Source: Solirubrobacteraceae bacterium (GTDB taxonomy: Bacteria; Actinomycetota; Thermoleophilia; Solirubrobacterales; Solirubrobacteraceae). From it: a DNA stretch of 64,000 nt. A model generated the notes under the pieces. That model did no database searches and was not told the DNA's origin. It worked only from the letters and a program-made list of their open reading frames with translations. A program made the position numbers and the translations under genes. The stretch lies in assembly GCA_017882455.1 (NCBI GenBank), contig JADGPL010000013.1, forward strand, positions 25,116 through 89,115, written 5' to 3'. Shown here in pieces: positions 15,658 to 25,841 of the stretch. Numbering within the stretch: the first letter of the stretch is position 1; each line of letters starts with the position of its first letter.

Positions 15658-17562
15658 TCAGCCGGCCAGCGGCTGCGCGGGCAGCTCAGAGGGCGCGCTC
15701 TGGCCCTGCTTCCAATTCTCCAGGAATGCCGCTGTGTCGGCGGCGTCGAGAGGTCGCGCGAACAGAAAGCCCTGCCCACTGTCGCATAGCTGACCACGCA
15801 GCAGCGAGAGCTCGTGTGCCTGCTCGATCCCCTCGGCCAGCGTCTCGATGGACAGCGCCTTGCCGAGCTGCACGAGCGTGTTGAGGATCGTCTCGCCCTC
15901 CCGGTTGTGCGTCATCTGTGTGATGAAGGACCGGTCGATCTTCAGGGCGTCGACGGGAAAATGCTGCAGGTGCGCCATCGAGGAGTAGCCGGTGCCGAAA
16001 TCGTCGATGGCGATTCGCACCCTGAGCTCCTTGACCGCCTGAAGTCGAGCGGTCGTCGCAACGGTGTCGCGCATCAGCGCCGTCTCGGTGATCTCGATCG
16101 TCAGGGACTCCGGCTCGAGTCCGGACTCGAGCAGGCAGCGGCGCACGTCCTCCACGAAGTCGTCGCTGTCGAGCTGGCGGGCGGAGACATTCACGGCGAT
16201 GCCGATCGGGTGGCCCGCTTCGCGCCAGCGCACGCCCTGGCAACATGCCTCCTGAAGCACCCACCGGCCGATCTCCACGATCAGGCCGGTCTCCTCGAGC
16301 AGCCCGATGAAGTCGTCCGGCTGGACGAGCTCGCGGGTGGGGCTGTCCCAGCGGATCAGGGCCTCCATCCCCGTGGGCGTCATGTCCCGCAGGTTGAAGG
16401 TCGGCTGGTAGACGAGGAAGAACTCATCGTTCTCCAGTGCCATCCGCAGGTCCATCTCGAGCTCCATCCGCGATTGGACGGCCGTCTGCATTCCCGACTC
16501 GAACACGGCGTATCTATGACGCCCATCCCACTTGGCCTGGTACATCGCGATGTCCGCGTCGCGGAGCAGATCGCCGGCTGTCTCGCGCTCACCGGCGGCG
16601 ATCCCGATGCTCGCGGTGACCTTCAGCTGCGGCTGGGCGGAGCTCTCGAGCTTGAACGGCTGATCCAACGCCGCAAGCAGGCGCTCGGCGATGAGCTCGG
16701 GCCCAGAGGCCAGCGAGAGCTCGCTCGCCACCACAACGAACTCGTCACCTCCGAGCCGCCCGACCGCATCGGTCTCCCGGACCACGGCCGTCAGCCTCGA
16801 GGCGACCGATTGCAGGAGCTCGTCGCCGGTCGCGTGGCCGAGAGTGTCGTTGATGGCCTTGAAGTTGTCGAGATCGATGAACAGGGCCGCGAGTGGCGTG
16901 TGATCGCGCCGTGAGCGCATCAGCATCTGCTCGACTCGATCGAGGATGAGCGTGCGATTCGGCAGGCCCGTCAAGGCATCGTGGGTCGCCAGGAATGCGA
17001 GCTCGTGCTGGCGCCGCGACAGCTCCTCGTCGGCCCGTCGCCGCTCGGTCTCAAACGACTCACACATCCGCACCAGCGTCACATTCAGGCTTCGCTGCAG
17101 CATCGCGAGTGCTTGCGAGAGCACGGCCGGGTGGATCTCGAGCTCATGCGCGCACTCGACTAGAACCTCCCCGGCGGCATCGCACCAGCGAAGGCAGCGC
17201 TTGGTGACCTCGTTCAACGGCGCCGCGCGTTGCGAGGCGAGCTGTCCGAAGATCTGCCAGGACTCCTGCCCGACCTCGCGCGCCACGTCGGCCCCCTCTC
17301 CGGACATCCACCGGGCGACCGCCACGGTCGAGACCGTTCCCACCCGCGCGAAACGCTCCTCGACCTGCGCGTCGAGCTCGAATCCGGAGCTCTTCGTGCG
17401 GCGGAGCATCGCCTCGACCACCTGCTCGGTTCGCCCATTCAACGCCCCTCCTAGACGATGAAGGTCATCCGCCTCTCCCATTGACATGGGCGAGAGATCG
17501 GCAGTGCGGCCACCGAGCATAATCGGTGGCCGACTGGGCGCTTGCTGTCTACCAAAGCACAA
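15658..17562 (-). CDS. GGDEF-EAL c-di-GMP turnover protein with an N-terminal helical sensor region
   Basis: 634 aa. HDALTGLPNR, RLGGDEFVVV, EALIRW, DDFGTGYSS. Several in-frame Met within the first about 28 codons are possible starts. Confidence 0.9.
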   Translation of the reverse strand: MCFGRQQAPSRPPIMLGGRTADLSPMSMGEADDLHRLGGALNGRTEQVVEAMLRRTKSSGFELDAQVEERFARVGTVSTVAVARWMSGEGADVAREVGQESWQIFGQLASQRAAPLNEVTKRCLRWCDAAGEVLVECAHELEIHPAVLSQALAMLQRSLNVTLVRMCESFETERRRADEELSRRQHELAFLATHDALTGLPNRTLILDRVEQMLMRSRRDHTPLAALFIDLDNFKAINDTLGHATGDELLQSVASRLTAVVRETDAVGRLGGDEFVVVASELSLASGPELIAERLLAALDQPFKLESSAQPQLKVTASIGIAAGERETAGDLLRDADIAMYQAKWDGRHRYAVFESGMQTAVQSRMELEMDLRMALENDEFFLVYQPTFNLRDMTPTGMEALIRWDSPTRELVQPDDFIGLLEETGLIVEIGRWVLQEACCQGVRWREAGHPIGIAVNVSARQLDSDDFVEDVRRCLLESGLEPESLTIEITETALMRDTVATTARLQAVKELRVRIAIDDFGTGYSSMAHLQHFPVDALKIDRSFITQMTHNREGETILNTLVQLGKALSIETLAEGIEQAHELSLLRGQLCDSGQGFLFARPLDAADTAAFLENWKQGQSAPSELPAQPLAG

Positions 17563-17616
17563 GTGGTGCGAGGATGTGGCTGCGGCCAGCCCCGTTTAGA
17601 TGCCGAGGCCGGGAGC

Positions 17617-18723
17617 TCACACGCCCTCGCGCCGCGCAGGGACCTGCTGGGTGATGCAGTGGATGTTGCCGCCCCCGAGCAGGATCTCGCGAGCGGGGAC
17701 GCCGATCACCTCGCGCTCGGGAAAGCAGCCCCGAAGGATCTCGCCGGCCCGCTCGTCGCAGCGCTCGTCGAGCAGCGGGAAGACGACCCGGGTCGTACCG
17801 AGATAGAAGTTTGCGTAGGACGCCGCCAAGCGATCACCGTCGCGGCGGGGAAGGGTCCCGGCGACCGCGTCGACGCCGCTGGCCTCCTCCGCGGTGATCG
17901 TGATCGGCCCCGGCGAGGGCAGGCGCACGACCTCGATCGATCGGCCGCGGGCATCCCGTGCACGCTGCAGGCGCTCCTCGGCGTCGCGGGAGATCGCGTG
18001 CTGGGGGTCCGACTCGTCCTCCGCGTAGGTCAGCAGGACGACGCCCGGACGGGCGAAGCAGGCGAGGTTGTCCACGTGCCCATCCGTCTCGTCGTTGTAG
18101 ACGCCGCGCCTGAGCCAGATCATCTTCTCCGCGCCGAGGTATTCGAACAGCGCCTGCTCGATCTGCTCGCGGGAGAGATCGGGGTTGCGGTTCGCGTTCA
18201 AGAGGCACTCTTCGGTCGCCATCACGGTGCCCTCGCCGTCCACGTGGATCGAGCCGCCCTCGAGCACGATCGGCGCGCGGTAGCGATCGGCGCCTTCCAC
18301 CTCCAGGACCTTGCGTGCGACACGCTCGTCCCGATCCCAGGGAAAGTAGAGGCCGCCGTCCAGGCCGCCCCATGCGTTGAAGTGCCAGTCGACGCCGCGC
18401 CTGCCGCCACTGCCATCGACCACGAAGCTCGGCCCCATATCGCGTATCCACGCGTCATCCGTGGAGATCTCGACCACGCGAATGGAGGGCGAGAGCACGG
18501 TGCGGCAATGCTCGAACTGCCTGTCGGACACCGCCACCGTCACCGGCTCGGAGAGGTTGATCGCCTCCGCCACCGCGGCGTAGGCCTCCTGCGCGGGCTT
18601 GGCTCCCAGCCGCCAGTTGTCGCTGCGCTCCGGCCACGCGATCCAACAGCCCTGATGCTCCTCGAACTCCCCGGGCATCCGGTAGCCGTCCGCCGCGGGG
18701 GTCGAGGCGAGCGTCGCGCTCAC
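17617..18723 (-). CDS. aguA: Agmatine deiminase
   Basis: Tail of ORF 17617..18873. MPGEFEEHQGCWIAWPER.DNW, DDAWIRDMGP, EGGSIHVDGEGT, DGHVDN, and C-terminal GGGNIHCITQQ with the catalytic Cys. GTG 18723 overlaps the upstream stop (GTGA). ATG 18678 is an alternative start. Confidence 0.88.
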   Translation of the reverse strand: MSATLASTPAADGYRMPGEFEEHQGCWIAWPERSDNWRLGAKPAQEAYAAVAEAINLSEPVTVAVSDRQFEHCRTVLSPSIRVVEISTDDAWIRDMGPSFVVDGSGGRRGVDWHFNAWGGLDGGLYFPWDRDERVARKVLEVEGADRYRAPIVLEGGSIHVDGEGTVMATEECLLNANRNPDLSREQIEQALFEYLGAEKMIWLRRGVYNDETDGHVDNLACFARPGVVLLTYAEDESDPQHAISRDAEERLQRARDARGRSIEVVRLPSPGPITITAEEASGVDAVAGTLPRRDGDRLAASYANFYLGTTRVVFPLLDERCDERAGEILRGCFPEREVIGVPAREILLGGGNIHCITQQVPARREGV

Positions 18724-19073
18724 AGCTGCCCGCCGGCGCTCTGCTGCGTGGCCTTCTGGATTGCCACCGGCGACGTCCGCGGCTGGCGCGGGTGGCTCAT
18801 CCGCCAGAGCATCACCTCGCCAGCGACGAGCGTCAATCCGACGATCCCGAGCAGCGGACCCGTGTATGACCATTCCCTCGGGGCGTTGGGGATCTCCGGC
18901 CAGAGGAACAGCACGACCCCGCCGAGGATGATCACGCTGGGGATCGCGGCTAGGGCCACGACGAGCCTGTCTCCGCCGGGGATCTTGAACGGCCGTGGCC
19001 GGTCGGGGTCCTTGTAGCGGAGGATCGCCACCGCGGGATACGCGTTTCCGCCGAGGGCCACCACGACGAGCAC
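18720..19073 (-). pseudogene. 3' remnant of an APC-family amino-acid/polyamine permease
   Basis: The 117-aa ORF matches only the last two TM helices and the LRYKDPDRPRPFKIPGG motif of APC permeases. An in-frame TGA lies 10 codons upstream, and only about 77 nt remain before the divergent aguB. Confidence 0.55.
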
Positions 19074-19149
19074 CTCACGGCCCCCAGCTTGGAACAGCGA
19101 CAGCGCTCATGGCCCCATCCTTGCCGAACTCGCCCTACAGTGCTCGTCG

Positions 19150-20109
19150 ATGGAGGAGATACAGGTGATTCGTGCGCCGGGTCCGCATGCCTCACCGGCC
19201 CGCAAGCGCCCGCCGCGGCGGCCAGCCTTCCGCATCGCTGCCCTGCAGCAGCGTTGGCACCCCGATCCCGCCGACCACGAGGCCGCACTGGAAGACGGGA
19301 TCGTGCTCGCGGGCGAGGAGGGCGCACAGCTCGTCTGCCTGCAGGAGCTCACGCTCAGCCGCTACTTCGCGGTCGACCCCGCCGGTCCGGAGGCCGGAGC
19401 GATCGAGCCCGAGCCGCTCCCGGGCGGCCCCACGCACCGCTTCGCCGCCCGCGCCGCCGCGCGGGCCGGGATCCACGTTCATGCCTCGCTGTACGAGCGC
19501 GCCGGCAGCGACGAGCTCGGCTACAACACCGCGATCGTCGTCGCCCCGGACGGAGAGCTCCTCGCGCGAACCCGAAAGCTGCACATCCCGGTCACCGCCG
19601 GCTACCACGAGGACCGCTACTTCCAGCCGGGCCCCGGCGAATCCGATCCCTTCCCCGTCCTCGCTCTCGATCAGGCCCGTTTCGGCCTGCCGACCTGCTG
19701 GGACCAGTGGTTCCCGGAGGTGGCCCGTGCCTACAGCCTCGAGGGAGCCGAGGTGCTCGTGTATCCCACCGCGATCGGCTCCGAGCCCGAGCACCCCGAC
19801 TTCGACACCCAGCCGCTGTGGGAGCGGGTGATCGTCGGCAATGCCATAGCCAACGGCGTATTCATGGTCGCCGTCAACCGCATCGGCGTGGAGCCGCCCC
19901 TGCGCTTCTATGGCTCCTCCTTCATCTGCGATCCCTACGGGCGCATCCTCGCCCAGGCGCCCCGCGACGAGCCGGCCCTGCTGGTCGCCGACCTCGACCT
20001 CGACCAGCGGGGCGACTGGCTCGAGCTCTTCCCCTTCCTCGCCACCCGCCGCCCCGCGGCCTACGCGCGCCTCGCGCAGGAGGCGGCTGACCCGATGAAC
20101 GAGGGCTGA
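19150..20109 (+). CDS. aguB: N-carbamoylputrescine amidase (CN-hydrolase family)
   Basis: 319 aa. FRIAALQ, LVCLQEL, RKLHIP, and the catalytic-Cys context GLPTCWDQWFPE. Divergent from aguA. Confidence 0.85.
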   Translation: MEEIQVIRAPGPHASPARKRPPRRPAFRIAALQQRWHPDPADHEAALEDGIVLAGEEGAQLVCLQELTLSRYFAVDPAGPEAGAIEPEPLPGGPTHRFAARAAARAGIHVHASLYERAGSDELGYNTAIVVAPDGELLARTRKLHIPVTAGYHEDRYFQPGPGESDPFPVLALDQARFGLPTCWDQWFPEVARAYSLEGAEVLVYPTAIGSEPEHPDFDTQPLWERVIVGNAIANGVFMVAVNRIGVEPPLRFYGSSFICDPYGRILAQAPRDEPALLVADLDLDQRGDWLELFPFLATRRPAAYARLAQEAADPMNEG

Positions 20110-20330
20110 CCAGCCCAGCCCAGCCCAGCCCAGCGCGGCGCTCAATGCGCCATCAGTGCCGGCTCGGCGGCCTTCGCCCCGACCGCCGCCGGCCCTCGCC
20201 GATGCCCTGCGCCGCGCTCGACGACGAGCAGATCGTCTGCTCGATGCCGGACTGGGGCTCGCGGCGGAGGCGCTGAGACGGCCCCCGTCCGCGTCCGCGG
20301 AGACGCGCTCTCCTTCGCGCGAGTCCATGC

Positions 20331-22784
20331 CTAGCCCCTGACCCGCGCGCCCTTGGGATCGAGCAACGGCTCGCGTGCGAGGACGCCCGGCACCCACACC
20401 CCGAAGATGTCGACCTCGACGGCGGTCTCGAGCTCGACCTCGGTGGGGAGGTAGGCATAGGCGATCGAACGCTCCACCGAGTAGCCGTAGCCGCCGCTGG
20501 TCACGCGTCCGATCACCTCGCCGTTCACCCTCACCGGCTCGTTGCCCAGCGCGACCGAGCGTGGATCCTCGAGCACAAGGCAGCGCAGGCGCTTCTCCGC
20601 GGCGGGCCGTCCCTGGGGCGAGCCGATCCCCAGGGCTGCCGAGCCGACGAACGTGCCCTCCTTCTTCACGCAGAAGCCGAGGCCGGCCTCATAAGGGGTC
20701 TCGTCGGGGGTGATGTCTGTCGCCCATACGCGGTAGCCCTTCTCCAACCGCAGCGAGTCGATCGCGCGGTAGCCGCCCGCCACGAGCCCGTGCTCGCGCC
20801 CGGACTCCCACAGGGTCCGCCACAATCCCGCCCCGTACTCCGTCGGGCAGTAGAGCTCCCAACCGAACTCGCCCACGAAGGTCACGCGCAGGGCGCGCAC
20901 GGGCGCGTCCCCTACGGCCAGCTCCCGCATGCGCATGTAGGCGAACTCCAGCGGGTCGTCGGTCAGCGGGGCGAGGATCTCGCGGGCGCGCGGGCCCCAC
21001 AGCGCAAAGCACGCCCAGCGGGCCGTCACGTCGGCGCAGCGGACGCTGCCGTCGCGGGGGGCGTGGCGGCGGATCCAGCTGAGGTCGTGGTTGCCGAACG
21101 CCGTCCCGGTCACGATCGAGAAGAGCTCCTCCTCCACGCGCGTGACCGTGAAGTCGCACTCGATCCCGCCGCGGCTGTTGAGCATCTGCGTGTAGGTGAT
21201 CGCACCGACCTCGCCCGCCACGCGGTTGTCGCAGAGCCCTTCCAGGAAGGCGGCCGCGCCGGGCCCGGCGATCTCGAGCTTGGCGAACGAGGACTCGTCG
21301 AAGACACCAGCGCGCTCGCGTGTGGCCAGATGCTCGGCGCCGATCGCCGGCGACCAGTGCATGCCGGCCCAGCCGCGCGGGCGCAGCGACTCATCCCCCG
21401 CCGATGCGTTGCTCTCATACCAGTTGACCCGCTCCCACCCGGACTTCTCGCCGAAGGCCGCGCCGTGCTCCGAATGCCACGGATATGCGCTCGACGTCCT
21501 CAGCGGCCGCCCCGCCTGGCGCTCGTGCCCCGGGTAGCGGATGTCGTAGTAGGTCTCATAGACCTCCTTGGTGCGCTTCAGCGTGTAGCTGGGCGAGCGA
21601 AAGTGCGGGCCAAAGCGGCGGATGTCCATCTCCCACACGTCCATCGCCGGCTCGCCCGCCAGGATCCACTCGGCCATCACGCGCCCGATCCCGCCCGCGC
21701 CGGCCAGGCCGTGCGCGCAGAAGCCGGCAGCCACGAAGAAGCCCGACACCTCGCTCTCACCGAGACAGAACTCGTTGTCGGGGGTGAAGGCCTCGGGCCC
21801 GTTGATCAGGCGGGTGACCGTGATCTCGTCCATCACCGGCACGCGCCGGCGGGAGTTCGTGGCGATCTCCTCGAAGCGGGGCCAGTCCTCTTCGAGCAGT
21901 CGTCCGTTGAAGTCCGCCGGGATCGCGTCCACCAGGTGCTCGTCCAGCGCCCACGGCGCCGAGTCGCGCTCGTAGCCACCCATCACCAGCCCGCCGCCCT
22001 CCTCGCGGAAGTAGATCAGCAGGTCGGGGTCGCGCAGCGTGGGCAGGTGCTCGCCGGCCGTGCGCTCGCGGAAGGGCTGCGTGACCAGGTACTCGTGGGC
22101 GAAGGGGACGATCGGCACGCGCACGTCGGCCAGGCGGGCGATCTCCGCGGCGAACATGCCGCCGGCGTTGACCACCACCTCGGCCTCGATCGGGCCCCAC
22201 TCGGTCTGCACGCCCCGCACGCGCGGGTGCCCGGGCACCGCCTCCTCGACGTCGATGCCGGTCACACGGGTGTGGGTGAACACGCGGCAGCCGCCCCCGC
22301 GCGCTCCGTCGATGAGCGCGGTGGTCAGAAGCGAGGGATCGAGGTAGCCGTCGCTCGGCAGGTAGGAGGCGCAGCGCACTCCCTCTGTGCTCATCAAGGG
22401 GAACAGCTCGCGCGCCTGCTCCGCGGAGATCAGCTCCAGCGGGAGGCCGAACGTCTTGGCCCACGCCACCTGGCGCAGCACCTCCTGCTCGCGCTCGGGC
22501 GTGCATGCAAGGCGGATGCCTCCGCATCCCACCCAGCCACAGTCGAGCGTGCGGTAGAGCTCCACCGAGTCCATCATCATGCGCGTCAGCGACACGCTCG
22601 AGCGCAGCTGTCCCACCAGTCCGGCCGAGTGGAAGGTGGACCCGCTGGTCAGCTCGTTACGGTCGAGCAGGACCACGTCGCGCTCACCGAGCTTGGCCAG
22701 GTGGTGTGCGATCGAGGCTCCGCCCACGCCGCCGCCGATGATGACCACGCGGGCGCGGTCGGGGATCTCACGGGGTCTGACCAC
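20331..22784 (-). CDS. FAD-dependent oxidoreductase fused to a GcvT-like aminomethyltransferase domain (dimethylglycine/sarcosine dehydrogenase family)
   Basis: 817 aa. N-terminal VVIIGGGVGGASIAHHLAK dinucleotide fold, then a C-terminal folate-binding GcvT-like region (..GYRAIDSLRLEKGY..). Confidence 0.85.
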   Translation of the reverse strand: MVRPREIPDRARVVIIGGGVGGASIAHHLAKLGERDVVLLDRNELTSGSTFHSAGLVGQLRSSVSLTRMMMDSVELYRTLDCGWVGCGGIRLACTPEREQEVLRQVAWAKTFGLPLELISAEQARELFPLMSTEGVRCASYLPSDGYLDPSLLTTALIDGARGGGCRVFTHTRVTGIDVEEAVPGHPRVRGVQTEWGPIEAEVVVNAGGMFAAEIARLADVRVPIVPFAHEYLVTQPFRERTAGEHLPTLRDPDLLIYFREEGGGLVMGGYERDSAPWALDEHLVDAIPADFNGRLLEEDWPRFEEIATNSRRRVPVMDEITVTRLINGPEAFTPDNEFCLGESEVSGFFVAAGFCAHGLAGAGGIGRVMAEWILAGEPAMDVWEMDIRRFGPHFRSPSYTLKRTKEVYETYYDIRYPGHERQAGRPLRTSSAYPWHSEHGAAFGEKSGWERVNWYESNASAGDESLRPRGWAGMHWSPAIGAEHLATRERAGVFDESSFAKLEIAGPGAAAFLEGLCDNRVAGEVGAITYTQMLNSRGGIECDFTVTRVEEELFSIVTGTAFGNHDLSWIRRHAPRDGSVRCADVTARWACFALWGPRAREILAPLTDDPLEFAYMRMRELAVGDAPVRALRVTFVGEFGWELYCPTEYGAGLWRTLWESGREHGLVAGGYRAIDSLRLEKGYRVWATDITPDETPYEAGLGFCVKKEGTFVGSAALGIGSPQGRPAAEKRLRCLVLEDPRSVALGNEPVRVNGEVIGRVTSGGYGYSVERSIAYAYLPTEVELETAVEVDIFGVWVPGVLAREPLLDPKGARVRG

Positions 22785-22797
22785 GGCTGTGCCCTCC

Positions 22798-23694
22798 TCA
22801 CGCCCGCGCTGTCGCGAGCCACTCGTCGAAGTCCGGCTGGGCCACCGCCTCGCGCAGGCGCTCGAAGTGCTCGCGCGTGTAGGCCTTGAAGTCGAAGTCG
22901 AGCTCCGAGACCACCGACTGCACCATTCCCCACGCCGCCTCGCGGGCGTCGGAGAGGACCCGCATCAGCTTCAGCGCAGCGCGCTGGCCGTCGGTGGGCG
23001 TTTGGCCGTGATAGGCGCTCAGGAGTCGCTCGTTCTCCTCGGCGTCGAAGTCGTTGTTGACCGACAGGTTGCCGAGATCGAAGCGGGGATCGCCCATGCC
23101 CGCGTACTCCCAGTCCACGATCATGATGCGCCCGCTGTCCTCGGCGCGGATGATGTTCCCGGGCAGCAGGTCGTTGTGGCACGGCCGCACGTGGTCACGC
23201 GAGAGGGCTGCTTCGATGCGCGAGGCGCTGCCGAGCGCGGCCTCGTATGCACTAGGCAGCGCGCCGCCGCGCCGGGCGACGATCTCCGCGTAGGCGCTCA
23301 GCAGGTCCCCCACCCAGAAGCCTCTGGGGAGCCCGGCCCCCGAGTCGTGAAAGGCGCGCAGCAGGCGGGCGATCTCCTCCACGCCGTCCGCCACCTCGCC
23401 CGCGCCGAGCGAGCGGCAGGCCACGAAGCGCGTAACCAGACAACCCCCCACGACCGCTGCGACGGTCGGCGCGAGGCCGAGGCCGGCGGCGGCATCGGTT
23501 GCCAGGCGCTCGGTCTCACGGTCGATCCCGAGCAGCTCCGTGTCCTTGCCGGGGCGGCGCACTACGTACTCGCCACCGCCGAGCGTGACGCGGTAGTTGC
23601 GGTTGGTGATGCCGCCGTCGAGGGCCACAGGCACACCGCTCAGGGGCCCCAGCGAGGACTCGAGGCCCTGCATGATGTCGTTCAGCTCGCCCAC
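22798..23694 (-). CDS. Choline/ethanolamine kinase-like phosphotransferase (APH fold)
   Basis: 298 aa. GGITNRNYRV, Brenner motif PCHNDLLPGNII, IVDWEYAGMGDPRFDLGN. Upstream of the dehydrogenase and in the same orientation. Confidence 0.8.
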   Translation of the reverse strand: MGELNDIMQGLESSLGPLSGVPVALDGGITNRNYRVTLGGGEYVVRRPGKDTELLGIDRETERLATDAAAGLGLAPTVAAVVGGCLVTRFVACRSLGAGEVADGVEEIARLLRAFHDSGAGLPRGFWVGDLLSAYAEIVARRGGALPSAYEAALGSASRIEAALSRDHVRPCHNDLLPGNIIRAEDSGRIMIVDWEYAGMGDPRFDLGNLSVNNDFDAEENERLLSAYHGQTPTDGQRAALKLMRVLSDAREAAWGMVQSVVSELDFDFKAYTREHFERLREAVAQPDFDEWLATARA

Positions 23695-23753
23695 CGCTCC
23701 CAGCCAACCGTTGCGCGATAAGGCGCGCAGCCTATACCTTCAAGTCATGCCCT

Positions 23754-25034
23754 GTGAGGACTGGACTGCCGGCGGGCGACGCCGTGAATGAGCAGGCGTC
23801 GATCCCTCCCGCGAGCGAGCTGATCGAGCGCGTCGACCCGTGGGCGGCGCGTGCCGCGATCGCAACCGCCATCGTGCGCACCCCCACGATCGACTGCGAC
23901 GAGATCGGGCAGGCCGTGGGGGGCGTCGTCGCCCTCAAGGCCGAGTGCCTGCAGAGAACAGGCTCGTTCAAGCTCCGCGGAGCGCTCAACAAGGTCTCCG
24001 CGCTCGGCGAGCGGGCGGCCGCCGGCCTCATCACCGCGAGCGCCGGAAACCACGGCCGCGCCGTCGCCCAGGCCGCGCGGCTGCGGGGCGTGGAGTGCGA
24101 TGTGTTCATGCCGCGCGACGCAGCCGTCTCCAAGGTCGCGGCTGTGGAGCGGCTGGGGGCCCGCGCCCACCTCGGGGGCGGATCCGTCGAGGACGCCGTC
24201 GAGCTGGCCCTCGAGCGCGCGGCCGAGACGGGCGCGGCCTTCGTCCACCCCTTCGACGACCTCGACGTGATCGCCGGACAGGGAACGCTCGGCGTCGAGC
24301 TGCTCGAGGACGTCGAGGACCTCGCCCGCGTGATCGTGCCGGTCGGCGGCGGCGGCCTCGCGTCCGGCGTTGGGGTGGCGCTGCGCCGCGCGCGCCCGGA
24401 GGTCGAGATCATCGGCGTGCAGGCGCGTGCCTGTGCTCCCGTCGCCGCGGCCCTGGCCTCCCCGGGCTCGGCCACCGGCGTCGAGGCCCCGGCCGGCTTC
24501 ACGATCGCCGACGGCATCGCGCTCAAGCGCCCCGGCACCCTGACGCTGCCGCTGCTGCGCGAGCTCCTCACGGCCGTCGAGACGGTCGCTGAGGATGAGA
24601 TCGCCGATGCGATGGTGTTCCTCGCAGATCGCGCCAAGCTCGTGGCCGAGGGAGCCGGGGCCGTCTCGGTGGCCGCCCTGCTGAGCGGACGTGTCAGCCC
24701 GGCTCCGTGGGGCAGGACCGTCGCGATCGTCTCGGGCGGAAACGTCGACAGCGGCCTGCTCGCCGGACTGCTGCGGCGCCGCGAAACCGAGGAGGGGCGC
24801 CGCGTGCGGATCTTCACCCGCGTGCCCGACCGACCGGGTGGCCTCGCCGAGCTCCTGGGTCTCGTCGCCGACGCGCGCGCCAACCTGGTCAGCCTCGAGC
24901 ACGTGCGCGAGGCGGTGTCGCTGCGTGTGCGCGAGACCGGCGTCGAGCTCACGCTCGAGACGCGTGGGCGGGGGCATACGAAGGAGGTCGTGCAGGCCCT
25001 CGAGGGCGCCGGCTACGAGGTGGTCGTCGAGTAG
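23754..25034 (+). CDS. ilvA: Threonine ammonia-lyase (PLP-dependent, with a C-terminal ACT-like domain)
   Basis: 426 aa. KAECLQRTGSFKLRGA contains the PLP lysine; also SAGNHGRAVA and VGGGGLASG. GTG 23754 or GTG 23784 could be the start. Confidence 0.85.
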   Translation: MRTGLPAGDAVNEQASIPPASELIERVDPWAARAAIATAIVRTPTIDCDEIGQAVGGVVALKAECLQRTGSFKLRGALNKVSALGERAAAGLITASAGNHGRAVAQAARLRGVECDVFMPRDAAVSKVAAVERLGARAHLGGGSVEDAVELALERAAETGAAFVHPFDDLDVIAGQGTLGVELLEDVEDLARVIVPVGGGGLASGVGVALRRARPEVEIIGVQARACAPVAAALASPGSATGVEAPAGFTIADGIALKRPGTLTLPLLRELLTAVETVAEDEIADAMVFLADRAKLVAEGAGAVSVAALLSGRVSPAPWGRTVAIVSGGNVDSGLLAGLLRRRETEEGRRVRIFTRVPDRPGGLAELLGLVADARANLVSLEHVREAVSLRVRETGVELTLETRGRGHTKEVVQALEGAGYEVVVE

Positions 25035-25037
25035 CGC

Positions 25038-25205
25038 TCAGGCGAACTGCGCGGCACCCTGCACGAAGGTCCGCCAGCGCTCGTATCGACTCCGGCGCTC
25101 GACCTCGTCGAGGCGCGGCTCGACCACGCGACCGGGCGCCAGCAGTCCGGCCGCCTCGGCCAGGCTCGAGAAGGCGCCGGCTCCCACGCGCCGTTTGACC
25201 TCATA
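25038..25205 (-). pseudogene. 3' remnant of an FGGY-family carbohydrate kinase
   Basis: The last about 55 codons of the artificial 416-aa ORF read VGAGAFSSLAEAAGLLAPGRVVEPRLDEVERRSRYERWRTFVQ. That is the typical xylulokinase/glycerol-kinase C-terminal pattern. There is no room for the rest of the gene. Confidence 0.45.
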
Positions 25206-25216
25206 GCATCGCCTCC

Positions 25217-25841
25217 GTGGACACCCGCCCCTTTGCACTCGAGCGCTTCTACGAGCGATGGGAGTTCCGTGCGGAGCTGATGCTGTCGAGCAGCGACTGC
25301 GAGTCGCTCTCCGTCGGGGACCTGCTCGCGCTCGAGCCCGACGCGCGCGAGCGCCTTGAAGGCATGCGCCTCGGCTACACTGAGGTCGCCGGCTCGGCCG
25401 AGCTGCGCGCGGCCGTGGCGAGCCGCTACGAGCTCGCACAGCCCCGATGACGTCCTCACGCTCGCGGCTGCCGAGGAGGGGATCTTCACCGCCTACCACG
25501 CGCTGCTGGGCCCGGGCGATCACGTGGTGGTCGAGGCTCCCTCCTACGGCGTCGCGGTCGAGGTCGCGAGAAGCACCGGCGCCGAGGTGAGCCTGTGGAA
25601 GCGTCGCTACGAGGACGGCTGGGCGCACGATCTCGCCGAGCTCGAGCGGCTGTTGCGGCCCGATACCAAGCTCGTCTACATCAACTCTCCCCACAACCCC
25701 ACGGGCACGCCGATGGCGCCGGCCACATATGAGCGACTCCTCGACATCGTCCGCGAGCACGCGCTGGTGCTCTTCAGCGACGAGGTCTACCGTGGCCTCG
25801 AGCACGACCCCGGCGAGCGTCTTCCCGCGGCCTGCGATCTT
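25217..25841 (+). pseudogene. Class I/II aminotransferase, frameshifted and 3'-truncated
   Basis: Frame 1 (25217-25450) reads ...LGYTEVAGSAELRAAVASRYELAQP. After a C4 run at 25442-25445, frame 2 continues DDVLTLAAAEEGIFTAYHALLGPGDHVVVEAPSYG...INSPHNPTG...FSDEVYRGLEH...LPAACDL. Homology stops before the expected PLP-lysine segment. Confidence 0.7.

Noticed and set aside
20110-20134. A (CCAGC)x5 microsatellite immediately after the aguB stop, in the 220-bp convergent spacer, plus small palindromes (ggcgc-tcaat-gcgcc, tccgcg-tc-cgcgga).
   Set aside because: This is a short simple repeat in a non-coding convergent spacer. It is not CRISPR-like because there are no spacers, and it has no obvious coding or regulatory context. 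It is most likely a slippage product or terminator region.
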